Below, piece by piece: positions 22,741 to 34,552 of a stretch of 64,000 nt of DNA. The position numbers and the translations under genes are program-made. The first letter of the stretch is position 1. Each line of letters opens with the position of its first letter. The notes under the pieces were generated by a model. That model searched no databases. It saw only the letters and a list, made by a program, of their open reading frames with translations, and was not told where the DNA came from. Origin of the DNA: Nitrospirales bacterium (GTDB lineage: Bacteria; Nitrospirota; Nitrospiria; Nitrospirales; UBA8639); assembly GCA_965203295.1 (NCBI GenBank), contig CBDBCZ010000019.1:1408001-1472000 (forward strand), read 5' to 3'.

Positions 22741-23397
22741 ATGTTCACTGGTATTGTTGAAGAAATGGGAGTTGTTAACATTTGTGAGAAGGACCTTGCT
22801 GGGACCAAGTTGTCAATTTTGGCCTCGTCCGTATTGGATGACCTCAAAGTTGGCGATAGTGTGAGTTTGTCGGGAATCTGTCTGACGGTCGATGGTGTGG
22901 GCACAGAAAGTTTCACTGTCCAGGTCTCAATGGAAACCATGAGAGTGACCACGTTGGGGAGTCTGGTCGTGGGTTCAGCGGTAAATCTGGAACGAGCAAT
23001 GCAACTCAATAAACGAATCGGAGGACACCTTGTATCAGGGCATGTGGATGGGGTAGGGGTTGTACGTGAACGAATTCAGGAAGGTAATGCTTTCCATTTA
23101 AGCATAGAGGCACCAAAAGAGATCCTGAGATTGTGCATTCAGAAGGGTTCTATTACGGTTGATGGAATTAGCTTGACCATCAATCAGGTGAACGACAATG
23201 GATTTTCGGTAGCCATTATTCCCCATACGGCTCATGTGACCATTCTTGGGAGGAAACAGGTTGGTGATCACGTGAACCTTGAATCAGATTTAGTGGGGAA
23301 ATATGTCGAACGTTTACTTCAAGCCAACGGGTACCTTTCACAAAAATCTCCTGTCAGCATTGACCGTGACTACCTGCAAAAACATGGATTGATCTAG
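22741..23397 (+). CDS. ribE: Riboflavin synthase (alpha chain)
   Basis: MFTGIVEE N-terminus, GGHLVSGHVD, KGSITVDGISLT. Confidence 0.96.
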   Translation: MFTGIVEEMGVVNICEKDLAGTKLSILASSVLDDLKVGDSVSLSGICLTVDGVGTESFTVQVSMETMRVTTLGSLVVGSAVNLERAMQLNKRIGGHLVSGHVDGVGVVRERIQEGNAFHLSIEAPKEILRLCIQKGSITVDGISLTINQVNDNGFSVAIIPHTAHVTILGRKQVGDHVNLESDLVGKYVERLLQANGYLSQKSPVSIDRDYLQKHGLI

Positions 23398-23423
23398 TCA
23401 GGTATTGAAAACGCCAGCCAAGA

Positions 23424-25310
23424 TCACTCCTCCAAAGTGGAAATATCTCCTGGATCTTGTCCCGATTCTTTGGCCTTCAAGACTCGCCTCATGATTTTGC
23501 CTGATCGGGTTTTTGGTAAGGACGTCACCACTTCGATTTCCTTAGGCACCGCAATTTTCCCTAACACCGTGAGAACGTGGTCTTGCAGGTTTTTGATTAA
23601 ATCCGGGCTATCGGTTTCACCCTGTTTGAGAATGACAAAAGCCTTAATCATTTCCCCAGCTGTCTTGTGCGGTTTGCCAATCGCCGCGGCTTCCACCACG
23701 GCGTCGTGACTGACAAGGGAACTCTCCACCTCGGCAGTTCCGATGCGGTTCCCAGCCACCTTGATCACATCATCGGCTCTTCCCATAAACCAAAAATATC
23801 CATCTTCGTCTTTATGGCATATATCTCCAGCGGTATAGCAGTTCGGAATCGTGTTCCAATATTCATGGTATCGACCGGGATCCTTGTAGATCGTCCTCAT
23901 CATCGAAGGCCAGGGTTTTTTGATGATCGCGAATCCTCCTCCTGTGCCAATACTCTTTCCTTCTCGATCAACCACATCAGCCTCAATGCCTAAAAAGGGA
24001 CGCGTGGCTGAGCCAGGCTTGAGAGAGACACAGGGTAAAGGCGTGACCAGAATCATCCCTGTCTCGGTTTGCCACCAGGTGTCCATGATGGGTTTGTCGC
24101 CGCCAGTGACGCGGTGAAACCATTCCCATGCCTCCGGATTGATCGGCTCACCGACAGACCCTAAAATTCGTAAGGTTGAGAGATCATATTGTTTAGGCCA
24201 TTCTTCGCCGTATTTCATCAAGAGTCGTATGGCCGTAGGAGTCGTGTAGAAAATAGAGACTCCATAACGCGCAATGAGATCCCACCAACGACCTGGGTTA
24301 GGATAGTCAGGTTTGCCCTCTGCCGTTAAGATGGTGGCTCCATTGAGCAAAGGACCATAGACAATGTAGCTATGTCCTGTGACCCAGCCGTGGTCAGCGA
24401 CGCAGAAATACACATCTTCGTCTTTCAAGTCGAAGACATACTTGGCTGTGATATACGTCCCAACCATGTACCCACCATGGACATGGACAACCCCTTTGGG
24501 TTTCCCGGTGGTACCGGATGTGTAAAGAAAATAAAGCGGAGTCTCCGCGTCCAGGGGTTCAGCTTCGCATGCAGTGGATTGATTCGCTAACCATTCCTCC
24601 CAATCCAGCTCTTTTGGCCCCTGAAGTGTGATGCCCGGTTGTTGACGGCGGACCACAACCAATTTCTCAACCGTTGAGCAGTTCGCAATGGCTTCATCCA
24701 CGACAGATTTGAGGTTGATGCTTTTCCCTCGGTCGAAGCCGAGATCCGAAGTGATCACGAGCCGAGATTCTGCATCTTTGATTCGAGACTCGAGTGCTGG
24801 AGCACTAAACCCAGAATAGACGACTGTATGAACGAGACCAATGCGTGCGCAGGCTAACATGATAATGATCTGTTCCGGAATCTTTGGCAGATAAATGGTC
24901 ACCCTATCGCCTTTTTGGAGATCAAGGGTTTTCAGGGCATTAGCACATTTATTGACTTGGCGCAGCAGCTCGCCATAGGTAAAGATGCGTTCCTCATCAT
25001 TTTCTCCTACCCAAATGACGGCAATCTTATTTTTACGCCAGCCAGCAACATGGCGATCTAGGCAATTATAGGTGATGTTGCACGTACTTCCGAGGAACCA
25101 TTTTGCCCAAGGATAATTCCATTCGAGCACTTGATTCCATGGGGAGAACCACTCTAATTCCTTCGCGACCCCATCCCAAAACTTTTCTGGGTCGCTGATC
25201 GATTCTTGGTAAGCCTTTTCATAATCTTGAATATATGCCTGCTTCATCGTTTTTGACGTCGGGTGATAAACGTGGTCGGTTTTGAGTAGCGTTTCAATCT
25301 TCTCTTCCAT
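23424..25310 (-). CDS. acs: Acetyl-CoA synthetase
   Basis: YTSGTTGKPKG, GWVTGHSYIVYGPL, DTWWQTETG, LPKTRSGKIMRR. Confidence 0.95.
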   Translation of the reverse strand: MEEKIETLLKTDHVYHPTSKTMKQAYIQDYEKAYQESISDPEKFWDGVAKELEWFSPWNQVLEWNYPWAKWFLGSTCNITYNCLDRHVAGWRKNKIAVIWVGENDEERIFTYGELLRQVNKCANALKTLDLQKGDRVTIYLPKIPEQIIIMLACARIGLVHTVVYSGFSAPALESRIKDAESRLVITSDLGFDRGKSINLKSVVDEAIANCSTVEKLVVVRRQQPGITLQGPKELDWEEWLANQSTACEAEPLDAETPLYFLYTSGTTGKPKGVVHVHGGYMVGTYITAKYVFDLKDEDVYFCVADHGWVTGHSYIVYGPLLNGATILTAEGKPDYPNPGRWWDLIARYGVSIFYTTPTAIRLLMKYGEEWPKQYDLSTLRILGSVGEPINPEAWEWFHRVTGGDKPIMDTWWQTETGMILVTPLPCVSLKPGSATRPFLGIEADVVDREGKSIGTGGGFAIIKKPWPSMMRTIYKDPGRYHEYWNTIPNCYTAGDICHKDEDGYFWFMGRADDVIKVAGNRIGTAEVESSLVSHDAVVEAAAIGKPHKTAGEMIKAFVILKQGETDSPDLIKNLQDHVLTVLGKIAVPKEIEVVTSLPKTRSGKIMRRVLKAKESGQDPGDISTLEE

Positions 25311-25434
25311 CAGGTCGACTCCTCTTTGGTGTAAGGGATTCTTAAAGGATCTCCTCAATCATGAGTGGTCGTGTGAACTCTATTGTCAGATACATGAGTC
25401 CAGCGTGATTTTCTCCATGCTCTTTAGTGGCTGC

Positions 25435-25463
25435 ATGCTATCGAAAATCTCTAGGGTATTCAA
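25435..25463 (-). promoter_or_regulatory. Putative sigma70 promoter for acs
   Basis: Minus strand TTGAAT-N17-TAGCAT. Confidence 0.35.
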
Positions 25464-25554
25464 CCGAGAGATACATAGTAGATGAAGGTCAGGCAAGAGT
25501 AAAATCATTTTTCTTTTCTTGCCTCTCGATACCACGTGGATAGTTTGGGAACGA

Positions 25555-28500
25555 TTAGGCAGAAGCGATGGTTGATGTGTCTTCCGGGATAAAGACGCCG
25601 CCTTGAATCAGCACGGAATTGGACGGAATGGCAGGAACTCGATCCCCCGGTTGAAGGATGCCGACAAGATTCAAGGGATCGGATCCTGACAAGCGAATCT
25701 CCTGACTTCCGGTTTGTGGATCCCGACGGACTGCCCGAAGAGTTTCGATGGCTTCGGGTAATCCAAACTGTTCGCCGCTGAACCCGCTCACAAAACGTCC
25801 ATCCCGTATTTCCCCACGAAATTCCATCTGTCGGTACTCAATCAGAAGATCTCGCCAGGCAAAGGGCAAGGTCTCTCGTCGAAGAAGATCTGGGAAGACG
25901 ACACCATACCGGCGTAGGAACAACTTGGCAAGTTTCTCTGTGGAGTTGGGATTGGACGTTCCATCCGACTGAGTCTCAAGGAAATGTCCAGCCAACAATG
26001 CCCACCGCCCGATTGAATGCCGAGGCCGTTTGTTATGGTGTCGTCCTACTCCTCGTCGGCGTTGGGGATCTAGGAGTGCTCGAAGATTGTCAAAGACATC
26101 TCCCGTAATGAAACCGGCGCTTGTCAATTCCCATAGACCCTGTTCGACCTCTGCTTGCAAGTGACCTGTCCCTCCGATGATATCGGTAAAGAAACTTGCC
26201 CCATGATGCTGAAGGAATTGGTGAATGTTTTGAGCAACTGGAGACACTGGGTCACGTAACAGCGTTTGACTTGATGGTTTCTATTTTCTGGATACCGCAA
26301 ATAGCCAGTCTGCATCTTCTCGAGGAAACCAGCTGATTGGGGATAAACTTGTCGGAATGATTCGTGTTCGAGCCTTTACTCCTTGCCTTTCTTTCTCCGT
26401 TGCTGGTGGGGTTAATCGACCCCAACTTATTCTTCCTCTGAGGCAGAGGTAATCCAAGTCGTCTGGTCGATAATGATTGAGTCGCATTTTCAAGATAAAC
26501 GATTCCCAAGCCGAAGCTGCTGCCTCAAAGCCAGTCAATTGGCGAAGAATCTCCAAGAGACCAGTATCCTCATGCAGACGAGCGCTGGGGCAGACGTGCT
26601 GCCAGAGGAGCAAAAATCTCATAAAATCAGTCCCTGAGACCGGTTCTATTTCCTGCCGCAGAACCTTCACTGTGCGACGATGGATTCGGGCAAGGAGATG
26701 GCGATGACACCATTCCTGTTGCTGAACTTTTCCTTTGGGAGTCTGAGCGAGACTGTCTAAACTGTTTCCATGGGATGAAGAGGGTAAGGTGGTGGCTCGA
26801 GTGGGAGACTCAGGACGAAAATGGCCTTGAATAACTTCTTCCATGCCTTCGAGTTGGCGAAGGGCTGTTTGAATGGCTAGGGGAGGGAAATGAAGCTTCT
26901 GAGCAAGTTCTCCTTCGGTAACCGGACCAATACATTCCATCCAACCACGAACAATACAGGTCATGGCCTCCTTTGCATCAAGGGCAGATGGCTGTGGAAA
27001 AGGATTCTCATGTGGACTGACTGTGAATGGAACTTCTTCATCTCATCGCTAAAGGCCGTTCTGATGTGGGGGAGGTGCTCTAGGGTCACCCAACCTTCAC
27101 TGGGAGGTTGAGTGTCCCTTGGATTCCCAACGGTCACCTTGAGAGCTCGTTTCGTTTCTACTAAGGGAAGAAAAAAGTCTTGCCAATCTCTAGCCAGTTC
27201 TTCAGGCACCCAAATAAGCCGGTGCAGGGCGTCTTCTAATTCATCAGCATCTCTCAGTACAGGCCAAGCTTCGTTTGTGACAGAGGCAATGGCTGCAGGA
27301 TCGAGGGCTCCCAAGGATTGATGCTCTTCCGTGGGCAATGCATGGCGCATGGTAACAGCTCGAGCTTGCCGCTCCTCCAGAGGCGCGTCGTCCAAAAACG
27401 CATAAGGGTTCGCATTAAGAATTTCGTGAGAGAATGGTGAGGGAGTTGGAGATTCGACGGTAAGACAGTGAACGGCTCCCGCTTCTATTTTTTCCAATAG
27501 GGCTGTCAGCCCCTCAAGATCCATTGCCTCCTCCAGGCAATCTTTCAAGGTTTCTTGAACAAGCGGGTGGTCGGGTATGGGAATGTCCCCAACATGGTTG
27601 TCTCGGCAAGCTGTGGCCATGGGAAACGCCCCAGCGAGTAAATCTTCTGCTCGCATACGTTGAATATGGAACGGTACTCGTTTCCCATTTCGGAAACGAA
27701 GGAGGGCCAACGCTCGTGAAGCATTCCACCTCCATCGGTCGGTAAACATAGGAGCGGCTAAAACCGCTTGAGTGAGAATGTCTCGAACATTGCGGGTGAG
27801 GAGCATCTGAAAGATCGTCTCCAAAGGAAAACTATGTTTTTACCCAAGAGAAAGGACTAACCCCTCGTCAGTAGCCGCTGCTTGGAGTTCGAAATCAAAG
27901 TTCACACAAAATCGTTTTCGAAGAGCTAAGCCCCATGCTTTGTTGACTCTCCCTCCAAAGGGGCTATGGATCACTAACTGCATACCACCTGCATCATCAA
28001 AGAAACGCTCGGCGATGATGGTTGATTGAGTGGGAACAGCTCCAAGCGTTTTGTATCCGCTTGTCATGTAATCGATGGCTTGGCCCCCACCACGCAAATC
28101 CAGGCCGCATGTCGATTGCAACCATTCTAAAGTAGCGTGTGAGCGTGGACGTTCTGGGGGCACTGAATTTTCCATCGGTGGACTCGGAGTGATTCCCGCA
28201 CGGGATAGTATCTCCTCGCGTAAGTTTCCTACCTCTGATGAGAGTTCTACAGTTCGGGAAGGGGCTTCCCCTTGCCAGAAGGGAATGTTGGGAGGGGCTC
28301 CATGGGCATCTTCCACACGAACAATTCCTGTTTCGACTCGGCGGATACGCCAGGAGGTATTGCCCAGGAGCATAATATCTCCTGCAAGACTCTCAACCGC
28401 AAAATCTTCATCAACTGAACCGATTACTGTTTCCTGAGGTTCAGCGATGACTGAATAGGTGCCTGTATCGGGAATGGCTCCACCGGAGGTGAGAGCAGCT

Positions 28501-29987
28501 AATCTCGCTCCTCGTCGTGCCAGGAGACGATGATTGATTCGGTCGTGAAAGATCATGGCCTGGGACCTGCCTCTGCCTGGAACAAACCCTTCGGCGAGCA
28601 TATGGATCACGGCTTGAAATTGTTGCCGAGTTAAATATCGGTAGGGATAGGCGCGGGTACACAACGCAAAGAGGTCATCTTCTGACCACTCCTGCGTGGC
28701 GACAGCAGCCACCATTTGCTGCGCCAGAATGTCGATGGGTAGGGAAGGAACACGAATGGAATCAAGTCTGCCTTCTTGTATGGCCCGTATGATGGCTGCG
28801 CATTCGAGAAGCTCGTCTCTCGTACTACAAAAAAGACGCCCTTTGGGAATTGCGCCAACCCAGTGGCCGGCACGTCCAATTCGTTGCAAGGCCGTGGCAA
28901 TGGCACGAGGAGACCAAATTTGACAAACTAAATCGACATCACCAATGTCTATTCCAAGCTCCAACGATGCTGTGGCCACGACGACTCGGGTTTGTCCACT
29001 TTTGAGTCGAGCCTCGGCAGAGAGACGAAGCCGTCGAGAAAGGCTTCCATGATGAGCCGCGACGTGATCTTCTCCCAACCGCTCGGTGAGATGGTGGGCG
29101 AGTCGCTCGGTCAGACGTCTGGTATTCACAAATACTAATGTCGATCGATGGGTTTGGATCAGTTCAGTCAATCGATCATAAATATCAGCCCAGATGGCAT
29201 TCGTGCCTACAGCACTTAATTCATCTTTGGGGACTTCAACTGCTAAATCCATCGCACGCCTTTGGCCCATATTCACGATAGAGCATGCGAGTGCTGGGGA
29301 CGTGTGAACTTTCACCTCATGGGTCACATGAGCTTGACCGACCAAGAATTTCGCGACTTCTTCAATTGGGTGTTGGGTAGCGGAAAGACCGATTCGATTT
29401 GGAGGTACGGTCGTAAGAGCTTGAAGTCGTTCTAAGGACAGGGCGAGATGGGCTCCACGTTTATTGGAGGCCACTGCATGAATTTCATCAATGATGATGG
29501 TACGAACCGTTTGCAGAATGGGGCGACTTTTTTGTGCCGTTAATAACAAAAAGAGTGATTCAGGAGTCGTGATCAAAATGTGAGGAGGTCGAAGAATTAA
29601 TTGTCTAAGGTTTTTTGCCGGCGTGTCTCCAGTTCGAACCTCGACACGAATTTCAGGTGATAAGTGCCCGGCTTCGAACGCCAGCGCTGAAATCTCCACG
29701 AGAGGCTGTCGAAGATTTATTTGAACGTCGTTACTCAAGGCCTTCAGGGGGGAGACATACAGGACTTGCGTTTTGTCCTCTAAGGCCCCGTGAAGACTTT
29801 GTTTGAATAGGGAGTCAATGCAAGTTAGGAAGGCTGCAAGGGTTTTTCCCGAACCAGTAGGTGCAGCAATTAAAGCGTGAGAACCGTCAAGAATCGTTGG
29901 CCAACTGGCCTGCTGAACATCAGTAGGAGTGACGAACCGTTTTTGGAACCACTGAGCAATGATTGGGTGAAAATGGGACAGTGGCAT
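25555..29987 (-). pseudogene. lhr: Large ATP-dependent Lhr-family helicase with three lesions
   Basis: APTGSGKT, DEIH, HHGSLS, QRIGRAGH; in-frame TAA 27840-27842, frameshift near 26965-27050, in-frame TAG 26281-26283. Confidence 0.92.
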
Positions 29988-30113
29988 AACAACAAAATCT
30001 TACCATATTTTTCCCCCAAGGCCGAGTGAGTGGTCTGATCATGAAGCACAGGCGAAGAGATATTACATGGAATACAGGATTTCGAATTCTACGAAAGATG
30101 TGAGGATGAGCTA

Positions 30114-30818
30114 TTACGGCGTGGCTTGATTGTGAATTCGGATGGAGTCTGCCCGCTTTTCAACCGTCTTGGCTTCCTCTTCACGGTGGGTTTCCCGAAG
30201 CAAACTGGCATAATGATCCAGAATTGTGACCATCTGTCTATGTTCTGGGCCCATGGAATGTTCAGTAATCTGTATCGCTCTTGTGTACCGCTCCTCGGCC
30301 AAATCATATTTTTGCTGGAATTGAGCGAGACGAGCCAGAGTCGTAAGAATTCCTACGAGATGAGGATGCGTCGGGCCTAACGTGTGTTCCAGAATGGACA
30401 GAGCCCGATTCCATAATGGTTCAGCTTGATCATGTTTTCCTTGCAATAAAAACAGGGAGGCGAGATTATTCAATCCTAAAACAATGTCAGCGTGGTTTGG
30501 TCCCTGAATATCTTCCACGATCGTTAATGATTGACGATATCGAAGTTCCGCTTCTTCATATTCCCCGAGAGCCTCATGGACAGCTCCTAAGTTGTTCAGC
30601 GTTGTGGCTTTTCGAGGATTGGGTGATTGGCCGTTTTCCGTATACTCCAAGGCTTGAAGAAACCAATGTTTGGCCTGGGCGAATTGTCCTTTTTGATAAG
30701 CTGCCATCCCAAATGAATTAGCTTGAGACCAGTCAGTTTGTTCAGAAGATGAGACACTCACTATAGGAAAGTGTCCCGACAATTGAAAAAGAAAGAACAA
30801 TATTGCGACTCTTATCAT
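30114..30818 (-). CDS. Exported TPR-repeat protein
   Basis: Repeats such as TLNNLGAVH..LGEYEEAE..Y..SL.I....GPNH; hydrophobic N-terminus; start uncertain. Confidence 0.88.
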   Translation of the reverse strand: MIRVAILFFLFQLSGHFPIVSVSSSEQTDWSQANSFGMAAYQKGQFAQAKHWFLQALEYTENGQSPNPRKATTLNNLGAVHEALGEYEEAELRYRQSLTIVEDIQGPNHADIVLGLNNLASLFLLQGKHDQAEPLWNRALSILEHTLGPTHPHLVGILTTLARLAQFQQKYDLAEERYTRAIQITEHSMGPEHRQMVTILDHYASLLRETHREEEAKTVEKRADSIRIHNQATP

Positions 30819-30918
30819 AGAATGATGTGCTTTAAGAAAGTGGACAAGTGAGACTATCTTTTTCGTGCTCCCGTTGTATGTCACATCAATCCTTCCTGAG
30901 TTCAAGATTGGAATATCT

Positions 30919-31353
30919 TTAAGTTGTCTTGGAACCGATTGAGTCGATTGAGTAGGGACTTAGGCACCGCCAGGCCAACACACCAATCGTAGCCCCTATA
31001 GAATCGGCCAGCAGATCCCAGCCATCAGATTTTCGAAGAGGAACAAAGAATTGGTGTATTTCGTCAGTAAGTCCGAAAATAATGCTAGCCAGAACGGCCA
31101 GAAAAGAGGCATGGATAGATGGAGTCCTACCTGCTGCTTGCTCAAAGGTCCGATAAAAAAGAATTCCCAGAATGGCATATTCGGTAGCATGAATCACTTT
31201 GTCATTGAATAAAAGAAAAAATCGAGAGAGGCGTGCCTCTGGGTGAGAGAGTGAGGAGAAATAGACAATTAACCCGCCGTATAAAATTAATGGAACCCAA
31301 TACCGGATGATCTTTGGGACAATAGGAGTAGAAAAATATTTGGATCTGGTCAT
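30919..31353 (-). CDS. VanZ-family membrane protein
   Basis: DKVIHATEYAILG, DEIHQFFVP.R...DLLAD. Confidence 0.9.
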   Translation of the reverse strand: MTRSKYFSTPIVPKIIRYWVPLILYGGLIVYFSSLSHPEARLSRFFLLFNDKVIHATEYAILGILFYRTFEQAAGRTPSIHASFLAVLASIIFGLTDEIHQFFVPLRKSDGWDLLADSIGATIGVLAWRCLSPYSIDSIGSKTT

Positions 31354-31747
31354 TGACTTTGGTGCTCATTGAAGGTGAGTGAACCCTACCAATTTTCCAT
31401 GAACGACAATAAGCAAAAGTTTAACAGATCTTTGATTCCATCAAAACGTCATGATGACACAAGATATCTGTTTCCTGCAGAAATTTCTTTGCGTTAGTCA
31501 TTTTTAGCGCGTGCATACGAATGCAATCCCTGTTGATCGTTGGCTTGAATACGTAATGCTACGTAATTTCGGTTCTTAAGTCTTGTATTTCATCCCCCGG
31601 TATCTAAAAAAGTTTCCTTAGTTAGGCACGGACGTCAGTCAGCCCCTAAAAGAAGAAAGGTGTGCTCGGTTGACTCCTGGGTATGCCTGTGATCGAATAT
31701 CATCTTTGTGAAGGCTTTAACTTTCTCTTTTCTCTAAAAAGTGAGCA

Positions 31748-32719
31748 ATGTTCATGGACATTTTGGCTGAGATCCGTCGCGTGATTGACCTAGAGGGTCG
31801 GACTGTCTTAGGGCTTCTGAATACTGTGGGACCCAATTATGACCAGGCCGTTCACCTGCTCTACACTTGTTCGGGCAAAGTCGTTGTGACCGGTGTTGGC
31901 AAGTCTGGCCTTATTGCTCAAAAAATTGCCGCAACAATGGTCTCGACGGGCACACCAGCTCTCTTCCTCCATGGGTCCGAAGGGATGCATGGTGATATTG
32001 GTATTGTTGAAAAACACGATGTTGTGGTTTGCATCGGGAAATCTGGTGAAAGCGACGAATTAGTGGCTATTCTGCCAGTTGTTCGACAAATTGGTGCCAA
32101 GGTTATCTCGATCACTGCCAAACCGGATTCAACCATGACCAGACACTCTGATGTGGTGTTGATGACTCCGATTGAAGAAGAAGCCTGTCCCCTTAATATG
32201 GCTCCGACCTGCAGCACGACTGCTGCGCTCGCTATAGGGGATGCCCTCGCGATGGCACTCATGAAACTTCGGAATTTCCAGCCCACGGATTTTGCCCTCC
32301 TTCATCCCGGTGGGCAACTGGGAAAACGCTTGCTTTGGACTGTTAGTGACTTAATGCGCAGTGGAGATGCGAATCCGATTATTCATATCAACAGTGATCC
32401 CAAACTCATGCTGTATGAGATGACCAGTAAGCGAGCGGGAGCGGTGTCGGTTGTCGATGACTATCAGCATCTTCTCGGGTTAGTCACAGATTATGATATT
32501 CGTCGTGTTCTGGAAGCGGGAAAAGATCTTTTTAAAATGGCCATATCCGATGTCATGAATCCGAAGCCGAGTTTCATATCCATGAACGAAAAAGCCATTC
32601 ATGCTCTTGAGATGATGGAGAAACGTGAGAAGCCGATTTCCCTTTTACCTGTTTTGGATTCGGAGCAAAAAGTCGTGGGTATGGTTCATATTCATGATCT
32701 TGTGTCACGAGGATTGTGA
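31748..32719 (+). CDS. kdsD: KpsF/GutQ arabinose-5-phosphate isomerase (SIS + CBS)
   Basis: TGVGKSG, HGDIG, EACPLNMAPT, FALLHPGGQLG, CBS pair. Confidence 0.93.
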   Translation: MFMDILAEIRRVIDLEGRTVLGLLNTVGPNYDQAVHLLYTCSGKVVVTGVGKSGLIAQKIAATMVSTGTPALFLHGSEGMHGDIGIVEKHDVVVCIGKSGESDELVAILPVVRQIGAKVISITAKPDSTMTRHSDVVLMTPIEEEACPLNMAPTCSTTAALAIGDALAMALMKLRNFQPTDFALLHPGGQLGKRLLWTVSDLMRSGDANPIIHINSDPKLMLYEMTSKRAGAVSVVDDYQHLLGLVTDYDIRRVLEAGKDLFKMAISDVMNPKPSFISMNEKAIHALEMMEKREKPISLLPVLDSEQKVVGMVHIHDLVSRGL

Positions 32720-32817
32720 GGCGAATTTGCCTGGGCCTCACGGGCATCGCCGACTGTGACTTAGGAGTTTGGGCTACGAAAGCGGGCGAAAATTAAGGGT
32801 AGGAGAAACGAACAACA

Positions 32818-34131
32818 ATGAAGCATATTGCTTTCTCAATACCACAGACATCGAAAACGAGCGCAATGTCTGTGACGGAAATCATCTGGGCTTCGCAAGG
32901 CTGGGGTTTGGTCTTCATCAGCTTTCTCTGTTTCTTTCCAGGGATGTTTCACGTAGCAGAGTACTTATTTTTTGCCTTGTTGGTTTTGGCAATTGGCATA
33001 GCATGGCGGGAGGGGAGACCGATCTGGGTGCGAAGTCCTATGGACCTGCCTCTTCTCTTTTTTGTCAGTTGGGTACTTTTTACGATTCCTTTTGCTGGAG
33101 ACCCTTTTTATAGTTTTGGGGAGTGGCAAAAGCTTGTGGCGCAGGTTTTTGTCTTTTATTGGGTGCTATTCATTATTCGGGTGCACAATGACAACTCCCT
33201 GTTAGCAAAGGAGCACGGAAAGAGACGAGTTGTGAATGTTGGGAGTGAATTTTTGCAGAACGCGGTCCTCGTTGCTATTCTCCTGGGAACACTGATTTTG
33301 TGCTTGAGCGCTTTTTTTGATTTTGTGTTTCGAGGTGGTACATGGAAGGATCGCTTTGTTCGGGCTGCCGCTCCTCATTCTGACTACAACTGGCTCAGCA
33401 CGTATATGGTTATGGCAACGCCAATCTTGATTTCAGCCGTGTTTGTTTTTCGAGGCTTATGGCAACGAGTGGCGACCTGGGGAGTGGTTGTGTTTGCCTT
33501 TGGTGCACAAGTTTTCTCCTATACCAGAGCGGGTTGGTTGGGACTCGTGACGCAAGGACTGGCTTTCGGGTTTTTCACCAGGCGGCGTTGGTTGGTTCTA
33601 TCGGTGATTGGGGGACTTATCATTATTGTGAGTGGTCTTGTGACGGTTTCCCAGTTTGGGTATCAACAGGATACCGTTGATTCACGGACACTCATGATCA
33701 GAATAGAAGTTTGGCAGCTTGGATTTGATGAAATATTGAGACATCCGATACTAGGACTGGGATATGGATACCACACCTTCTCAGCTATTGTGAGCGGCTT
33801 TCCGAATGGCAGTCAGGAATTGGGCCTGCATAACACATTTTTAATGGTCGGTGTTGGAAGCGGATTGCCAGCCCTTGCTCTTCTGGTCTGGATCCTGGTG
33901 CAAAGTGTTCAATCACTGGTGGGGGCAACTTGGCGAGAGGCGATTCTGGAAAAGAGGGCGATCATGCTTGCCACGGCTATTATGGTTGTGGGCTTCGCCG
34001 TCCGGAATTTTTTTGACTATATGTTTGCCGGTAGCCTGGCCTACCTATTTTGGATTCTCCTGGCAACTGGGTTTTCTGTAGGGGTAATCGGAAATCGTCA
34101 AGGTAGAATTGCCTACGCAAGTAACTCATAG
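32818..34131 (+). CDS. O-antigen ligase-family (Wzy_C) membrane protein
   Basis: Multi-TM; SYTRAGW, HPILGLGYG, HNTFL. Confidence 0.85.
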   Translation: MKHIAFSIPQTSKTSAMSVTEIIWASQGWGLVFISFLCFFPGMFHVAEYLFFALLVLAIGIAWREGRPIWVRSPMDLPLLFFVSWVLFTIPFAGDPFYSFGEWQKLVAQVFVFYWVLFIIRVHNDNSLLAKEHGKRRVVNVGSEFLQNAVLVAILLGTLILCLSAFFDFVFRGGTWKDRFVRAAAPHSDYNWLSTYMVMATPILISAVFVFRGLWQRVATWGVVVFAFGAQVFSYTRAGWLGLVTQGLAFGFFTRRRWLVLSVIGGLIIIVSGLVTVSQFGYQQDTVDSRTLMIRIEVWQLGFDEILRHPILGLGYGYHTFSAIVSGFPNGSQELGLHNTFLMVGVGSGLPALALLVWILVQSVQSLVGATWREAILEKRAIMLATAIMVVGFAVRNFFDYMFAGSLAYLFWILLATGFSVGVIGNRQGRIAYASNS

Positions 34132-34552
34132 CAAAGAATAAAGAGAGGGGAAAAGAGTGATTCCTTGTTCTCTTTTTATTGTCGCGTTGACAGAGTGGTA
34201 AATATATTGATAAAAATCTATTCCCTTCGCGGTTTCAGTGGCACGACTTGGCCTTGAGGTGTCGTGAGTAGCGATGCGCTGATAATCAGCACGCCGCGGA
34301 AGCGATTTTCAAGCATCTTCTTCCATATCGGCCTTGATTATCGGGAGTATGATAGTGGCGGATCCAAGATTTTTCGCCCCACTGAAGTGGTACCCCTTCT
34401 TGGTATTTCTACCAAAGCTAAAAAAACTGGGATGCACTCCTCAAACTACTTGGGAGGAACTAGTCCAAGAATTTCAACAGTTTGGGTGACGTCTATTAAT
34501 GTCTAGCTAGGACAATATTGAGATTGGCAGTTAAATACATGAAGAAGCACAT

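Noticed and set aside
34132..34552. ORF 34264-34506, or a JUMPStart/ops element ahead of the glycan genes
   Set aside because: No recognisable motif or RBS and no GGCGGTAG match. It may be decayed sequence but this cannot be supported.
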